In this document: positions 1-8,773 of the stretch, one piece after another
Layout of the letters: each line of letters begins with the position of its first letter
Numbering within the stretch: position 1 is the stretch's first letter
NCBI GenBank assembly: GCA_043827405.1
Contig: JBDRPD010000107.1
Span: 1-28,305 of the forward strand
Length of the DNA stretch: 28,305 bases
Reading direction: 5' to 3'
DNA from: Elusimicrobiota bacterium
Lineage (GTDB): Bacteria > Elusimicrobiota > Elusimicrobia > UBA1565
Notes under the pieces: model-generated
The model's database searches: none
What the model was told of the DNA's origin: nothing
What the model saw: only the letters and a program-made list of their open reading frames with translations
Program-made: the position numbers and the translations under genes

Positions 1-158
1 GGCAATTCAGCTGAGTCAACAAGTCAACGCCCGGCACCGCCGGTTAGTTAGTCCCGCCGGGAACTTTATTCCCTTCCGCGCGTAGTTTCTAGATCAAGCT
101 GCTGTGTCTTTATGGAAATGCGTGCTTGAATAGGCGTTCGCTTAATGGGGAGAGTGCT

Positions 159-767
159 ATGAGATAGTTGGTGGTTGCCGGAATGCTGTGTTTTTCTTTG
201 GCCGCGGGCTCGGAGCTGCGCGCGCAGGATGAGGAGTTTGATATGCCGGCGCCGGCGAAGAAAGCCGTCGCCGCCAAAAATCAGAAAAGACCTGCGAATC
301 ACGGACAGGTGACGGCGGTCGACAAGAGCGGCCGCCTTACCGTCCGCCGCAAGGACGGGAAGATCGAGACGCTGCAGGTCACTCGTGAAACCCGGCTGAC
401 GCGCGGCGGCAAGTACCGCCCGATCAAGCTGGCCGCTATCACGAAAGGACAGTGGATCCATTACAGCCACAAGAACGGCACGGCGAGCCACGTGCACCTC
501 AACGTCTATCCCGAGGACAAGCGCGTCGAGCCGAGCAAGAGCAAGCCCGCCCCCCGCCGCAAGCCCGCTCCGGCCATGATGGAAGCCGAGGATGACCCGG
601 CGCTGGACGAAGGCGCCGAGGCCGAGACTTCCGCGCCGCCGCCGGTTGAGCCGGCGGACAACTCGTGGGAAGATGAGGGAGAGACTCCTTCCGCCCCGCC
701 CGCGAGCGAGATGGAAGAGACCACGGAGGAAGAGCCCGTCGTCGATTCGGGCTATTCCGACGAATAG
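159..767 (+). CDS. Secreted hypothetical protein with a small OB-fold-like (DUF5666-like) domain and an acidic Pro-rich tail; in-frame TAG at codon 3 (may start at TTG168/GTG171 or be a pseudogene)
   Basis: SD GGGAGAG precedes ATG159-AGA-TAG-TTG168. The frame gives MR*LVVAGMLCFSLAAGSELRAQ (signal-peptide-like), then GQVTAVDKSGRLTVRRKDGKIETLQVTRETRL, then a D/E/P-rich tail. Stop is TAG 765-767. Confidence 0.6.
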
Positions 768-830
768 CCGCCGCCCCGGCATTCCGCACCGCCGCGTAAA
801 CCGCTAGAATCTTGGCCGGAGGGTGCATCT

Positions 831-2204
831 ATGGCCAAGAAAAAAGTTCGCGTTGAGCGTGACAGTCTGGGCGAGGTTCGGGTGCCGGCGGAGGCATTGT
901 ACGGTGCGCAGACCCAGCGCGCGCTGGAGAACTTCCAGGTCAGCGGGCTGCGGTTTCCGCGCGTCTTCATCGAAGCCCTGGGCCTGATTAAGAGCGCTTG
1001 CGCCTTGGTCAACCGCCGTCTGAAGCTGCTGGATGCCCGCCGGGCGCGGGCGATCGAGCGCGGCGCGGCGCGGGTGGCTTCTGGAAGCTGCGACGCGCAC
1101 TTCCCGCTCGATATCTTCCAGACCGGTTCGGGCACCAGCACCAATATGAACGCCAATGAGGTGATCGCGCGTCTTGCCGGCACCGCCGTGCACCCCAACG
1201 ACCATGTCAATATGTGCCAGTCCTCCAACGACGTCATTCCCAGCGCCATCCACATCAGTGCCGCGCTGGCCTGCCGGCGCGAGCTGCTGCCGGCGCTGGA
1301 GGGGCTCAAGAAGAGCATCGACCGCAAAGCGCGGGGCCTGGATAAGGTCGTCAAGACCGGACGCACGCATCTAATGGACGCCCTGCCGCTGACCATGCGC
1401 CAGGAGCTGTCGGGCTGGTCGGCCCAGGTCGGCGGCGGCATGCGCCGCGTGCGCAGCGCGCTTCCCGCCGTCTGTGAGCTCGCCCTCGGCGCCACCGCCG
1501 TGGGGACGGGGCTTAATGCGCCGCGGAGCTTCGGCCGACTGGCCGCCCGCGAGCTGGCCCGGCGCACCCGCCTGCCGCTGCGGCAGGCGCCGAACCTGTT
1601 CGAGAAGCTGGCGGCCCAGGACGCCGCCGTCGAGCTCTCCGGCCAGCTGCGCACCGCCGCCGTGAGCCTGCTGAAGATCGCCAATGACCTGCGCTGGATG
1701 AACTCGGGGCCGCAGGCCGGCCTGGGAGAGATCGTCCTGCCGGCGCTGCAGCCGGGCTCGAGCATCATGCCCGGCAAGGTTAATCCGGTCGCGCCGGAGG
1801 CCGCGGCGATGGCCTGCGTGCAGGTGCTCGGCAATGACGCCGCGATCGTCATCGCCGGCCAGTCGGGCAATTTCCAGCTCAACGTCATGCTGCCGGTGAT
1901 CGCCCACAACCTGCTGCAGTCGATAGCGGTTCTGGCCGGCGCGGCGCGCCTGCTGACCGATGCGGTTCGGGGATTCCAGGTGAACCGCAAGCGGCTCGCG
2001 GATTTGGCGGAGCGTAACCCCATTTTGGTTACCGCGCTCAACCCGGTGACGGGTTATGCGCTGGGCGCCGAGATCGCCAAGCGCGCCTACGCGGAGGGTC
2101 GCCGGGTCGAGGATGCGGCGGCCGGGTTAACGAATATCGGGCGCCGGCGGCTCGGCCGGCTGCTCGACCCGCGGCGCCTGACCCGCGGCGGGATTAAGAA
2201 GTAG
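831..2204 (+). CDS. fumC: Class II fumarate hydratase
   Basis: Motifs ERDSLGEV, YGAQTQRA, FQTGSGTSTNMNANEVIA, HPNDHVN, GRTHLMDA (His form, not aspartase GRTQ) and GSSIMPGKVNP. SD GGAGGG and -10-like TAGAAT 805-810 lie upstream. Confidence 0.95.
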   Translation: MAKKKVRVERDSLGEVRVPAEALYGAQTQRALENFQVSGLRFPRVFIEALGLIKSACALVNRRLKLLDARRARAIERGAARVASGSCDAHFPLDIFQTGSGTSTNMNANEVIARLAGTAVHPNDHVNMCQSSNDVIPSAIHISAALACRRELLPALEGLKKSIDRKARGLDKVVKTGRTHLMDALPLTMRQELSGWSAQVGGGMRRVRSALPAVCELALGATAVGTGLNAPRSFGRLAARELARRTRLPLRQAPNLFEKLAAQDAAVELSGQLRTAAVSLLKIANDLRWMNSGPQAGLGEIVLPALQPGSSIMPGKVNPVAPEAAAMACVQVLGNDAAIVIAGQSGNFQLNVMLPVIAHNLLQSIAVLAGAARLLTDAVRGFQVNRKRLADLAERNPILVTALNPVTGYALGAEIAKRAYAEGRRVEDAAAGLTNIGRRRLGRLLDPRRLTRGGIKK

Positions 2205-2700
2205 CCGGCGGTTCTACCGCGACGATCTCGATATCGAAGTTCAGCGTCTTGCCGGCCAGCGGATGGTTGAAGTCGAGGGTGACATCGTTGGCGCCGATCT
2301 CGACGATCCGGGCCTGGAAGCCCTTGCCCTGGACCTGGCTGCCGACGATCGCTCCCACCTGCAGCTTGCCGGCGTCCGCGAAGTTCTTCTTCGGCACCTT
2401 CTGGATGCCGTCCGGCCGGTGCTCGCCGTAGCCGTCCTTCGGCGCGACCGTGACTTTCTTCTTGTCGCCGGGCTGCAGGCCCATAAGCTCCTTGTCGAGT
2501 CCCGGGATGATCATACCGCTGCCCTGGGCGAACTCCAGGGGGGCCTTCCCCTGTGAGCTGTCGACGACCGCGCCGTCGACCGTCAGTGAATAGTGCATCT
2601 TGATTTTCGAGCCGGCCTCGATCATCTTCCCTCCATCTTTTTTCGCGCAGCCCGCCAGGAGCGTCAAGATGACTGCGGCCGTCATTAGTGTTCTATTCAT
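2194..2700 (-). CDS. slyD: FKBP-type peptidyl-prolyl isomerase, SlyD/SlpA-like, with an N-terminal lipoprotein signal and no His-rich tail
   Basis: MHYSLTVDGAVVDSS, PLEFAQGSGMIIPGLD, DGYGE and LDFNHPLAGKTLNFDIEIV. N-terminus MNRTLMTAAVILTLLAGC has the lipobox LAGC. An alternative internal ATG lies at 2625. Confidence 0.85.
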   Translation of the reverse strand: MNRTLMTAAVILTLLAGCAKKDGGKMIEAGSKIKMHYSLTVDGAVVDSSQGKAPLEFAQGSGMIIPGLDKELMGLQPGDKKKVTVAPKDGYGEHRPDGIQKVPKKNFADAGKLQVGAIVGSQVQGKGFQARIVEIGANDVTLDFNHPLAGKTLNFDIEIVAVEPPATS

Positions 2701-2786
2701 GGTTTTTTCCCGCCGTAGGGCAAAAGGATTCTGAGAATTTCCCATTAATCGACCTTTTTGTCAAATGCGGGCGGAAAATACGCACC

Positions 2787-2815
2787 TTGCGGGAGCGGCG
2801 ATCCCGCGCCATACT
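2787..2815 (+). promoter_or_regulatory. Putative sigma70 promoter, probably giving a leaderless transcript
   Basis: TTGCGG (2787-2792), 17 bp, CATACT (2810-2815), 7 nt, ATG2823. Confidence 0.4.
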
Positions 2816-2822
2816 TTGAGGT

Positions 2823-4658
2823 ATGCGCGCCCTCCCCATACTGCTCCTGTTCTGCGCGTCGGTGCAGGCATCCGAGCGCTGGGCCACTCCCGATCTCGGC
2901 GCCCAGCTGGTCAGCGGCACCTGGAACGAGCGGCTCAGCGCCGTCAACCAGCTGGGCGCGCGCGGACAGGCCGCCTTCCCCGAGCTGAAGAAAGCCCTGG
3001 ACGATCCGGACTGGCAGGTGCGGATGACCGCCGTACACTGGGTGGCGCGTCTCGGCACGCCGGCCGCGCCGGTGCTGGAGGAGGTGTTGGGGCGCGAGAA
3101 ATGCCCGCTGGTCCGGCTGACGACTTCGCACAAGCTCGGCCGCTTCGGCTCGCGCCCGCCGCCCGCAGCTCCCGGCGGCAAAAAAGACCAGGGGCTTGCC
3201 GCTTGTCGTTCCTGGACCTGGCCGCTGACGGAAGAGTACCTCCACACCCGCAAGAAGAAGCCCAAGCCCGTGGAGTCGACCAAGATCGACGACCAGGGCT
3301 GCCAGTATATCCAGTTCAAGCGTTCCGGCCGTTCCATCTGCCCGAACGGCTTTATCCTGAAAGGCGTCGGCGCAACGCCGGGGCATATCGAAATTCTGCA
3401 GGAGGGGCGCCAGCCTAAAGCGGGCGTCGCGCTCTGCTGCCGCGCCGACCGCGAGGAGGCGACGATCGTCGCCGACCTGCCCAAGCCGCAGGAAGTGGAA
3501 TGCCGCCTGCATCCGATGGAATGCCCGCCTCCCTGGCTTGAGATGGCCCCTCCCGACGGCCGGTTCTGGTCGCGCAAGCAGCGGGAGTTTCGGCGTACCC
3601 GGCGCATGAAGCGCGGGGGCATCGCCTGGATTCACTGCTGCCGTCCGCATCAGACCGGCGGGACGGAATACTTTCCGCCCGCCAAGGAATCGATGATACG
3701 TGCGATTCCGGAGCGGCCGCCGACGGCTGAAGTCGGCGAAACGCTGGAGAGCTATCGCGAGGTGGAGGACCAGCCGGTCTATGAGGATTTTTCCAGCATG
3801 CCGGAGCGGGAGATCGCCGAGCGCATGCTGGCGAAAAAGACCCGGACCAGCCGGCCGTCGGCGCTTCCGGTACCGGCTCCGGCGCCGTCCGAGGAGCTGC
3901 CGAGCATGGCTGAGCAGCAGCCGGCGACCGCGCCGGAGCAGGCTGACGTCGATATCCGCGAACGGGCGTTTGAGTATCTGCTCGCAGCGGAGGAGGATAG
4001 CGCGCGCGACGATGAGCCGGAACCCGTCCTGGAAGCACGTGCCGTGGGGGCCGCGGAGCGCCGGCTGCCGGCGCCGGCCGGTCTGCCGCGCCGGACCGCG
4101 GAGCCGGTTGACGCCGAAGCGGCGCCCGACCGGCCGGACCGCGACGCCGAGCGGCTCGAGCTGGACGCCGCGCCCGAGGCTTTCGGCGCGCCGGAGGACC
4201 GCCTCGGCGCTCCGGCGGGGCTTGGCCCGCGCGCCGAAGCTCCGCTCGGCGCGTCCGCCGATATCATGGAAGACGGCGGCAAGATCGTGCGGCACGACCC
4301 CCTGCCGGAGCTGCTGCGGCTGCTGCGCGGGGGTAATGCGCTCCAGCGTTTGCGCGCGGCCGATGAGCTGGGCCGCATCGGACCGCGCGCGGCGGCGGCG
4401 GTTACTCTCCTCGAGCGTGCCGCGCGGGACAAGAATCCGCGCCTGCGCTCAAGCGCGGTGCTGGCGCTGGGCAATATAACGGCGGGAACGGATGCGGCGC
4501 TTAAGACGCTGCGCCGCGCGCTCAATGATGAGCACCTCGACGTCCGCTACAGCGCCGCGACCGCCCTTGGGCGGCTGGGCTCTCCGTCCGCGCGGCAAAC
4601 GTTTAACCGTCACCTGCGCCTGGAGACCCGCCATTTCCTGCGCGGCGGCGCGCAGTAA
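2823..4658 (+). CDS. Secreted HEAT-repeat protein with a central Cys-rich domain and a low-complexity linker
   Basis: Signal peptide MRALPILLLFCASVQA. N-terminal HEAT repeats (LDDPDWQVRMTAVHWVARLG) and C-terminal HEAT repeats (DKNPRLRSSAVLALG, DEHLDVRYSAATALGRLG). Cys cluster in the middle. Confidence 0.8.
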   Translation: MRALPILLLFCASVQASERWATPDLGAQLVSGTWNERLSAVNQLGARGQAAFPELKKALDDPDWQVRMTAVHWVARLGTPAAPVLEEVLGREKCPLVRLTTSHKLGRFGSRPPPAAPGGKKDQGLAACRSWTWPLTEEYLHTRKKKPKPVESTKIDDQGCQYIQFKRSGRSICPNGFILKGVGATPGHIEILQEGRQPKAGVALCCRADREEATIVADLPKPQEVECRLHPMECPPPWLEMAPPDGRFWSRKQREFRRTRRMKRGGIAWIHCCRPHQTGGTEYFPPAKESMIRAIPERPPTAEVGETLESYREVEDQPVYEDFSSMPEREIAERMLAKKTRTSRPSALPVPAPAPSEELPSMAEQQPATAPEQADVDIRERAFEYLLAAEEDSARDDEPEPVLEARAVGAAERRLPAPAGLPRRTAEPVDAEAAPDRPDRDAERLELDAAPEAFGAPEDRLGAPAGLGPRAEAPLGASADIMEDGGKIVRHDPLPELLRLLRGGNALQRLRAADELGRIGPRAAAAVTLLERAARDKNPRLRSSAVLALGNITAGTDAALKTLRRALNDEHLDVRYSAATALGRLGSPSARQTFNRHLRLETRHFLRGGAQ

Positions 4659-6041
4659 TCAGGCTTTCTTCCGGCGCCAGTTCGCCGCGAGGTAGTAAGC
4701 GGCGAAGCCGGCGCTCACGGCGATAAGGTCCATGGGCAGCGTCGTGTCGAGCGCGAAGGACAGCAGCCAGATGGCGGTGCCGACGGCCATGGAGATCAGC
4801 GCGGCGGTCTCGTCGTGCCGCTTCGAGAAGACGCAGATGAAGAAGGGAACGAACAGTCCCACCAGTCCGATGGCGTAGGATTCCTCGAGCAGCTTGTAGG
4901 TCTTCTCGCCGGAAAGCGCCAGCGCGGCGCTGGCGGCGGTCACCAGGACCACGCAGTACTGGCAGAGGATGATGGTGGATATCCGCGCCGGGACGTAGGG
5001 ACGCAGGGCGTTGCGCGCCAAAGTGGCCGCCGGCGCCAAAATCGCGCTGTCTATCGTCGACAGAACGACCGAAAGCAAAGCCAGCATGAACATGACCGTC
5101 GCCGCCGGCGAAAGGTAGGCGCGGGCCAGCGCCGGCAGCACCGAGTGCGTGACATCGGGCGGCAGGATCGACTTGGCGGCGATGCCCAGCAGGACCGGAA
5201 TGGTGCCGAGCACGATGTACAGGAAGCCGGCGAGGTAGCAGGCGTGCTGCGCGGTCCGCGACGATTTGGCGGAGAATATCCGCTGGCCGAGGTCCTGGCC
5301 GGGAAGGTTGCCGATCGCCGCGACCGCCAGGACGCTCAGCCAGCCCATGAATTCTGCGGCGGACTCATGCGGGATGAGGACCAGGTCCTTGGGATTGGCG
5401 GCCGCGAGCGCCTTTTCGATGCCGGCGGCCACGCCGCCGCCAAGCCCGGTAAAGACGTTGAAGCTGAGCATGAGCATCCCCGCGACGACAAGGATGATCT
5501 GCGCCGCGTCGGTAATGGAGACCGACCACATGCCGCCGAGCAAAGTATAGGCCATGGCGATCAGGGCCACCGCGGGGATGCTGATAGTGGTGGGCACCCC
5601 GAAAAAGATTTGAATGATCCCCGACAGCGCGGCGAGCTGAACGGCGATCCAGCCGATATAGCCCGGGACGGTCAGCATTACCGACCAGGCTTCCGCCCGG
5701 GGGCCGAACTTGTTTTTGTAGATGTCGGAGATCGTGCACACCTTCATTTCCCACAGCGGCTTGGCGAAAAACAGCCCGGCGATCAGCAGGCACAGCCCGG
5801 CGCCGTAGGGCTCGAGCGCGGTGACGTGCAGGCCGTCGCGATAAATTTCGTCGGTCGCGGTCAGCAAAGTCCCGGCGCCGAACCAGGTGGCCAGCAGCGT
5901 CGCCGAGGTCAGGAGCATGGGCATTTTGCGCCCCGCGACGATATAGTCCTCCTCGTCTTTAATTTTGCTTTGCGACCACAACGCGATCCCGAACATGATC
6001 GTTAGATAGACGGTGATCGAGACGCCCAGCAGCATGGTCAT
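4659..6041 (-). CDS. Sodium:solute symporter family (SLC5/SSS) transporter
   Basis: Highly hydrophobic with many TM stretches. SSS motifs DYIVAGR, ATWFGAG, YTLLGGMWSVSITDAAQ, QRIFSAK and STIDS. The start overlaps the upstream gene's stop (ATGA). Confidence 0.92.
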   Translation of the reverse strand: MTMLLGVSITVYLTIMFGIALWSQSKIKDEEDYIVAGRKMPMLLTSATLLATWFGAGTLLTATDEIYRDGLHVTALEPYGAGLCLLIAGLFFAKPLWEMKVCTISDIYKNKFGPRAEAWSVMLTVPGYIGWIAVQLAALSGIIQIFFGVPTTISIPAVALIAMAYTLLGGMWSVSITDAAQIILVVAGMLMLSFNVFTGLGGGVAAGIEKALAAANPKDLVLIPHESAAEFMGWLSVLAVAAIGNLPGQDLGQRIFSAKSSRTAQHACYLAGFLYIVLGTIPVLLGIAAKSILPPDVTHSVLPALARAYLSPAATVMFMLALLSVVLSTIDSAILAPAATLARNALRPYVPARISTIILCQYCVVLVTAASAALALSGEKTYKLLEESYAIGLVGLFVPFFICVFSKRHDETAALISMAVGTAIWLLSFALDTTLPMDLIAVSAGFAAYYLAANWRRKKA

Positions 6042-7135
6042 GCGGTTCCTTCCTCCTTATGCTGCGCCAGCCAGCGGCGCTGCTCGGCGCGGGAGAAGCT
6101 CAGTATGGCGTCGAACACGCCGAGAACCTCTTGCGGCAGCAGATCGTATTCGCGCGCCCATTCGGCGCGCCGGGCGAGCAGCGATTTCTCCCGTTCCGGG
6201 TCGCGCACGGCCCGGCCTTCCCCGGCCTTGACCCGCGCGGTGTGGTGGGCCAGCTGGGCGCGCCGCGCCAGCAGCGAGATGAGCTGCTCGTCGAGTTCGT
6301 CAATGAGTTCGCGCATCTCCTTGAGCTCCGGGGGCGGTCCGGCGGGGGACGGTATGCTCAGCTCTTTGCGGCTTTGCTCGCCGGCGTCGGGCGTCTCGGC
6401 GATCTTGCGATGGATGCGGGTCAGCGCGTCGAGCAGCCGGGCGCGGGACGCCTCCGCGTGCGGATTGCCGCGGGCGATGGCGTAGAACAGGTGGCCGGCG
6501 TCGCTGCGCACGGCGTCGATGGTCTGCGTCATGGCCTTGAAGGACGGCGGGGCGAAGGCCACGTCCTCGTGCGCCCCGATCTCCAGCATGCCCTTGGCGA
6601 CGAAGAAGGCGAGGGCATGCGTGTCCGCCATGACGCGGTCATGCTGGTCGGCGGTTTCTTCGATGACGGAGCAGCCGGCGCGCTCGTAGAGGGCGCGGGC
6701 TCGTTTATGCGCTTGCGGGTGCAGCGGGTTGGGGCAGACCACGGCCTGGAGCGGCCGCTCGCCCCGCGCCACGCTCATCGGTCCAAATAAGGGGTGGGTG
6801 GCGGCCCAGGGGATGTCCCGGCCGAGCACCTCGGTCATGGCGGCGACCGGTCCATGTTTAATGCTGGCGACGTCGAGGACCAGGTGACGGGCGCGCAGGT
6901 GCGGGCGCAGCGCGGCCAGCGCTTCTTCGGTCGCGGCCACGGGTACGGCCGCGAATACGACATCCGCCGCGGCGGCCAGCGCGCCCAGGTCGCCGGCGCG
7001 CAGCGCGGCCGGGATTTCCGCCCGCGGGTCATAGGCCGTGACTTTGATCCCGGCGTCGAGCAGCAGGCTGGCGAAGGCGCGGCCGAAGCGGCCGTAGCCG
7101 AGCAGCGCGGCGGCGGGGGGGGCGTCTTTATGCAT
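6038..7135 (-). CDS. tyrA: Prephenate/arogenate dehydrogenase fused to a C-terminal AroQ-type chorismate mutase (TyrA-like)
   Basis: Rossmann GYGRFG, DVASIK, THPLFGP and HDRVMADTHAL (PDH). C-terminal LKEMRELIDELDEQLISLLARR...VRDPERE (CM_2). Confidence 0.85.
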   Translation of the reverse strand: MHKDAPPAAALLGYGRFGRAFASLLLDAGIKVTAYDPRAEIPAALRAGDLGALAAAADVVFAAVPVAATEEALAALRPHLRARHLVLDVASIKHGPVAAMTEVLGRDIPWAATHPLFGPMSVARGERPLQAVVCPNPLHPQAHKRARALYERAGCSVIEETADQHDRVMADTHALAFFVAKGMLEIGAHEDVAFAPPSFKAMTQTIDAVRSDAGHLFYAIARGNPHAEASRARLLDALTRIHRKIAETPDAGEQSRKELSIPSPAGPPPELKEMRELIDELDEQLISLLARRAQLAHHTARVKAGEGRAVRDPEREKSLLARRAEWAREYDLLPQEVLGVFDAILSFSRAEQRRWLAQHKEEGTA

Positions 7136-7140
7136 GGGAG

Positions 7141-7169
7141 AAGTTACTCGAAAACGCGGCGCATGTCAA
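7141..7169 (-). promoter_or_regulatory. sigma70 promoter of the tyrA-SSS pair, probably leaderless
   Basis: Minus strand: perfect TTGACA (7169-7164), 17 bp, TAACTT (7146-7141), 5 nt, ATG7135. No SD. Confidence 0.65.
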
Positions 7170-7189
7170 AGCAGGCGGGCCCCGCGTCG

Positions 7190-8665
7190 TCAGTCGGACG
7201 CCGGGTAAGCCGGCTTTCTTCGGCCCTGCAGGAAGTGCAGGTAGTAGATGATCCAGCGAGGGAAATTTCTCGCGAAGTGCTCCCAGCCGAAATAGAGGCT
7301 GATCGCGCTCGATCCCCAACGCAGGAGGAATAAATGCGAGTAGAGCCGCGAGAAAGGAAGCCGGATCAGAAGCGGCACCAGCGGGCGCAGGATCGGGAAA
7401 GCGACGACGAGGGAGAATAGTTTGGCGAGGTTCTCGATGCGGCGTTTGGTCGCGGCCTCCTTGAACCGTATCGCCGTGCGCAGGTAGGTGTTGTGGGGAG
7501 CTTCCGCCGCGTTCCGTTCGAGCAGGCCCGCCCGGGCGGCGATCGCGGCGAGTTCGGTCTTCGGATAGGGGTACACGAGACGCGCGTTGGCGACGCTGGG
7601 ACGCAGGCGGAGGTTGAGGTCCAAGGTCTTCATATCTACGGAGAGCGGATCATCTACCGGCAGACCGACCAGATTTTGGGTGATTAACCGGATCCCCTGC
7701 CGATGGAGTTCTTGCGCGGCTTGCACGATCGTCTCGTTGGATACTCGCCGCTTTAGTACCTTTTCGGCCGCCTCGTTGTCTCCGGTCTCGACGCCCATGA
7801 AGACGCCGCGGCAGCCGGCTCGTTTTAGCTGGCGGATGTTGCGCCTTGACGCGAGGTTCGGGCGGATGTTGCACAAGAAACCGATCCCGACCTCCCGGGG
7901 GAAACGCTCGGCGAATTCCTCGAGCCAGCCCGGAGGTTTGATAAGAAAGGTGTCGTCTACGACCAGGGCCCGTGTTAGGCCGCGATCTTTCTGCACCGCA
8001 CGGAATTCCCGGATCATGCCGGAAACGCTGCGATAGCGGAGCATGGAGCCCTTGCCCTTCATCATGGCGTTGTAGACGTGATTAAAGCAGTAGGTGCATG
8101 GATAGGGGCAGCCTCTCATCGCGGCGAAGCACCGCAGCAGATCGGCGCCGATTCGGGAATCCGCGGCGGAGGCCAAGGCGCGGTCCGGCAGCGGGAGCTC
8201 GTCGAGGTTCTCGATGAGCGGCGCCAAATCGTTGACGACGATCTTCCCGCCCGTTTTGAACCGGAAGTTCTTTGTTCGGGTAAAATCCCGCCCCTCTTCC
8301 ATGGCCGCCAGCATATCCCGGAATGCGTAGTCTCCCTCGCCGACGCAAACGGCATCGACCCCCGCCTCTCCGATGAGGTCGGGGTTGAAGGTTGGATGGG
8401 GACCGCCGAATACGGCGAAAAAATCGAGATGACGCTTCAGGTCGCGGTTGATGCGCAGGTGGCTGTGCTCCTCTCCCGTCATAATGGAATAGGCGATCAC
8501 GCCGGGTGAAAACGCCCGGACCCGGGAGAGGATCTCCTCGCCCGACAGGCCCCAGGTGAACAAGAGGCGGACGTCGTGTCCTTGGGGCTTGAGAACACCC
8601 GACAGGCACATCGGTCCGAGACGCTCGAACATCTTGGAGACGTTTAGGATGAAGAGTACTTTCAA
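7190..8665 (-). CDS. Cobalamin (B12)-binding radical SAM protein (class B methyltransferase-like)
   Basis: Probable TTG start at 8665 (MKVLFIL) after GGGGAAG. B12-domain motifs VFGGPHPT and VCVGEGD, LDELPLPDR, RGCPYPCTYC (CxxxCxxC), VDDTF and MGVETG. The 769-aa ORF-track version overlaps the opposite-strand gene and is over-extended. Confidence 0.9.
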   Translation of the reverse strand: MKVLFILNVSKMFERLGPMCLSGVLKPQGHDVRLLFTWGLSGEEILSRVRAFSPGVIAYSIMTGEEHSHLRINRDLKRHLDFFAVFGGPHPTFNPDLIGEAGVDAVCVGEGDYAFRDMLAAMEEGRDFTRTKNFRFKTGGKIVVNDLAPLIENLDELPLPDRALASAADSRIGADLLRCFAAMRGCPYPCTYCFNHVYNAMMKGKGSMLRYRSVSGMIREFRAVQKDRGLTRALVVDDTFLIKPPGWLEEFAERFPREVGIGFLCNIRPNLASRRNIRQLKRAGCRGVFMGVETGDNEAAEKVLKRRVSNETIVQAAQELHRQGIRLITQNLVGLPVDDPLSVDMKTLDLNLRLRPSVANARLVYPYPKTELAAIAARAGLLERNAAEAPHNTYLRTAIRFKEAATKRRIENLAKLFSLVVAFPILRPLVPLLIRLPFSRLYSHLFLLRWGSSAISLYFGWEHFARNFPRWIIYYLHFLQGRRKPAYPASD

Positions 8666-8718
8666 TCTTCCCCGCTTTGCGGACTGCGATAGGCTAGCGG
8701 GAATCCCCGGAAAAATCA

Positions 8719-8748
8719 ATGACACCCGGCCGCCGCAATCGCTATACT
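8719..8748 (+). promoter_or_regulatory. Putative sigma70 promoter for the radical SAM pair
   Basis: ATGACA (8719-8724), 18 bp, TATACT (8743-8748), within the divergent intergenic gap. Confidence 0.5.
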
Positions 8749-8773
8749 GGATTAGGACCTGCGGAAGCCCGCC

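Noticed and set aside
1..70. GTCAAC-AA-GTCAAC repeat and GC stems suggesting an IS200/605-associated RNA
   Set aside because: Too short, at the window edge and with no tnpB/iscB nearby. It could equally be -35 boxes of a divergent promoter.
831..2204. Aspartate ammonia-lyase (aspA) as an alternative call
   Set aside because: GRTH and QTGSGTS motifs are fumarase-type; AspA typically has GRTQ and QGGAGTS.
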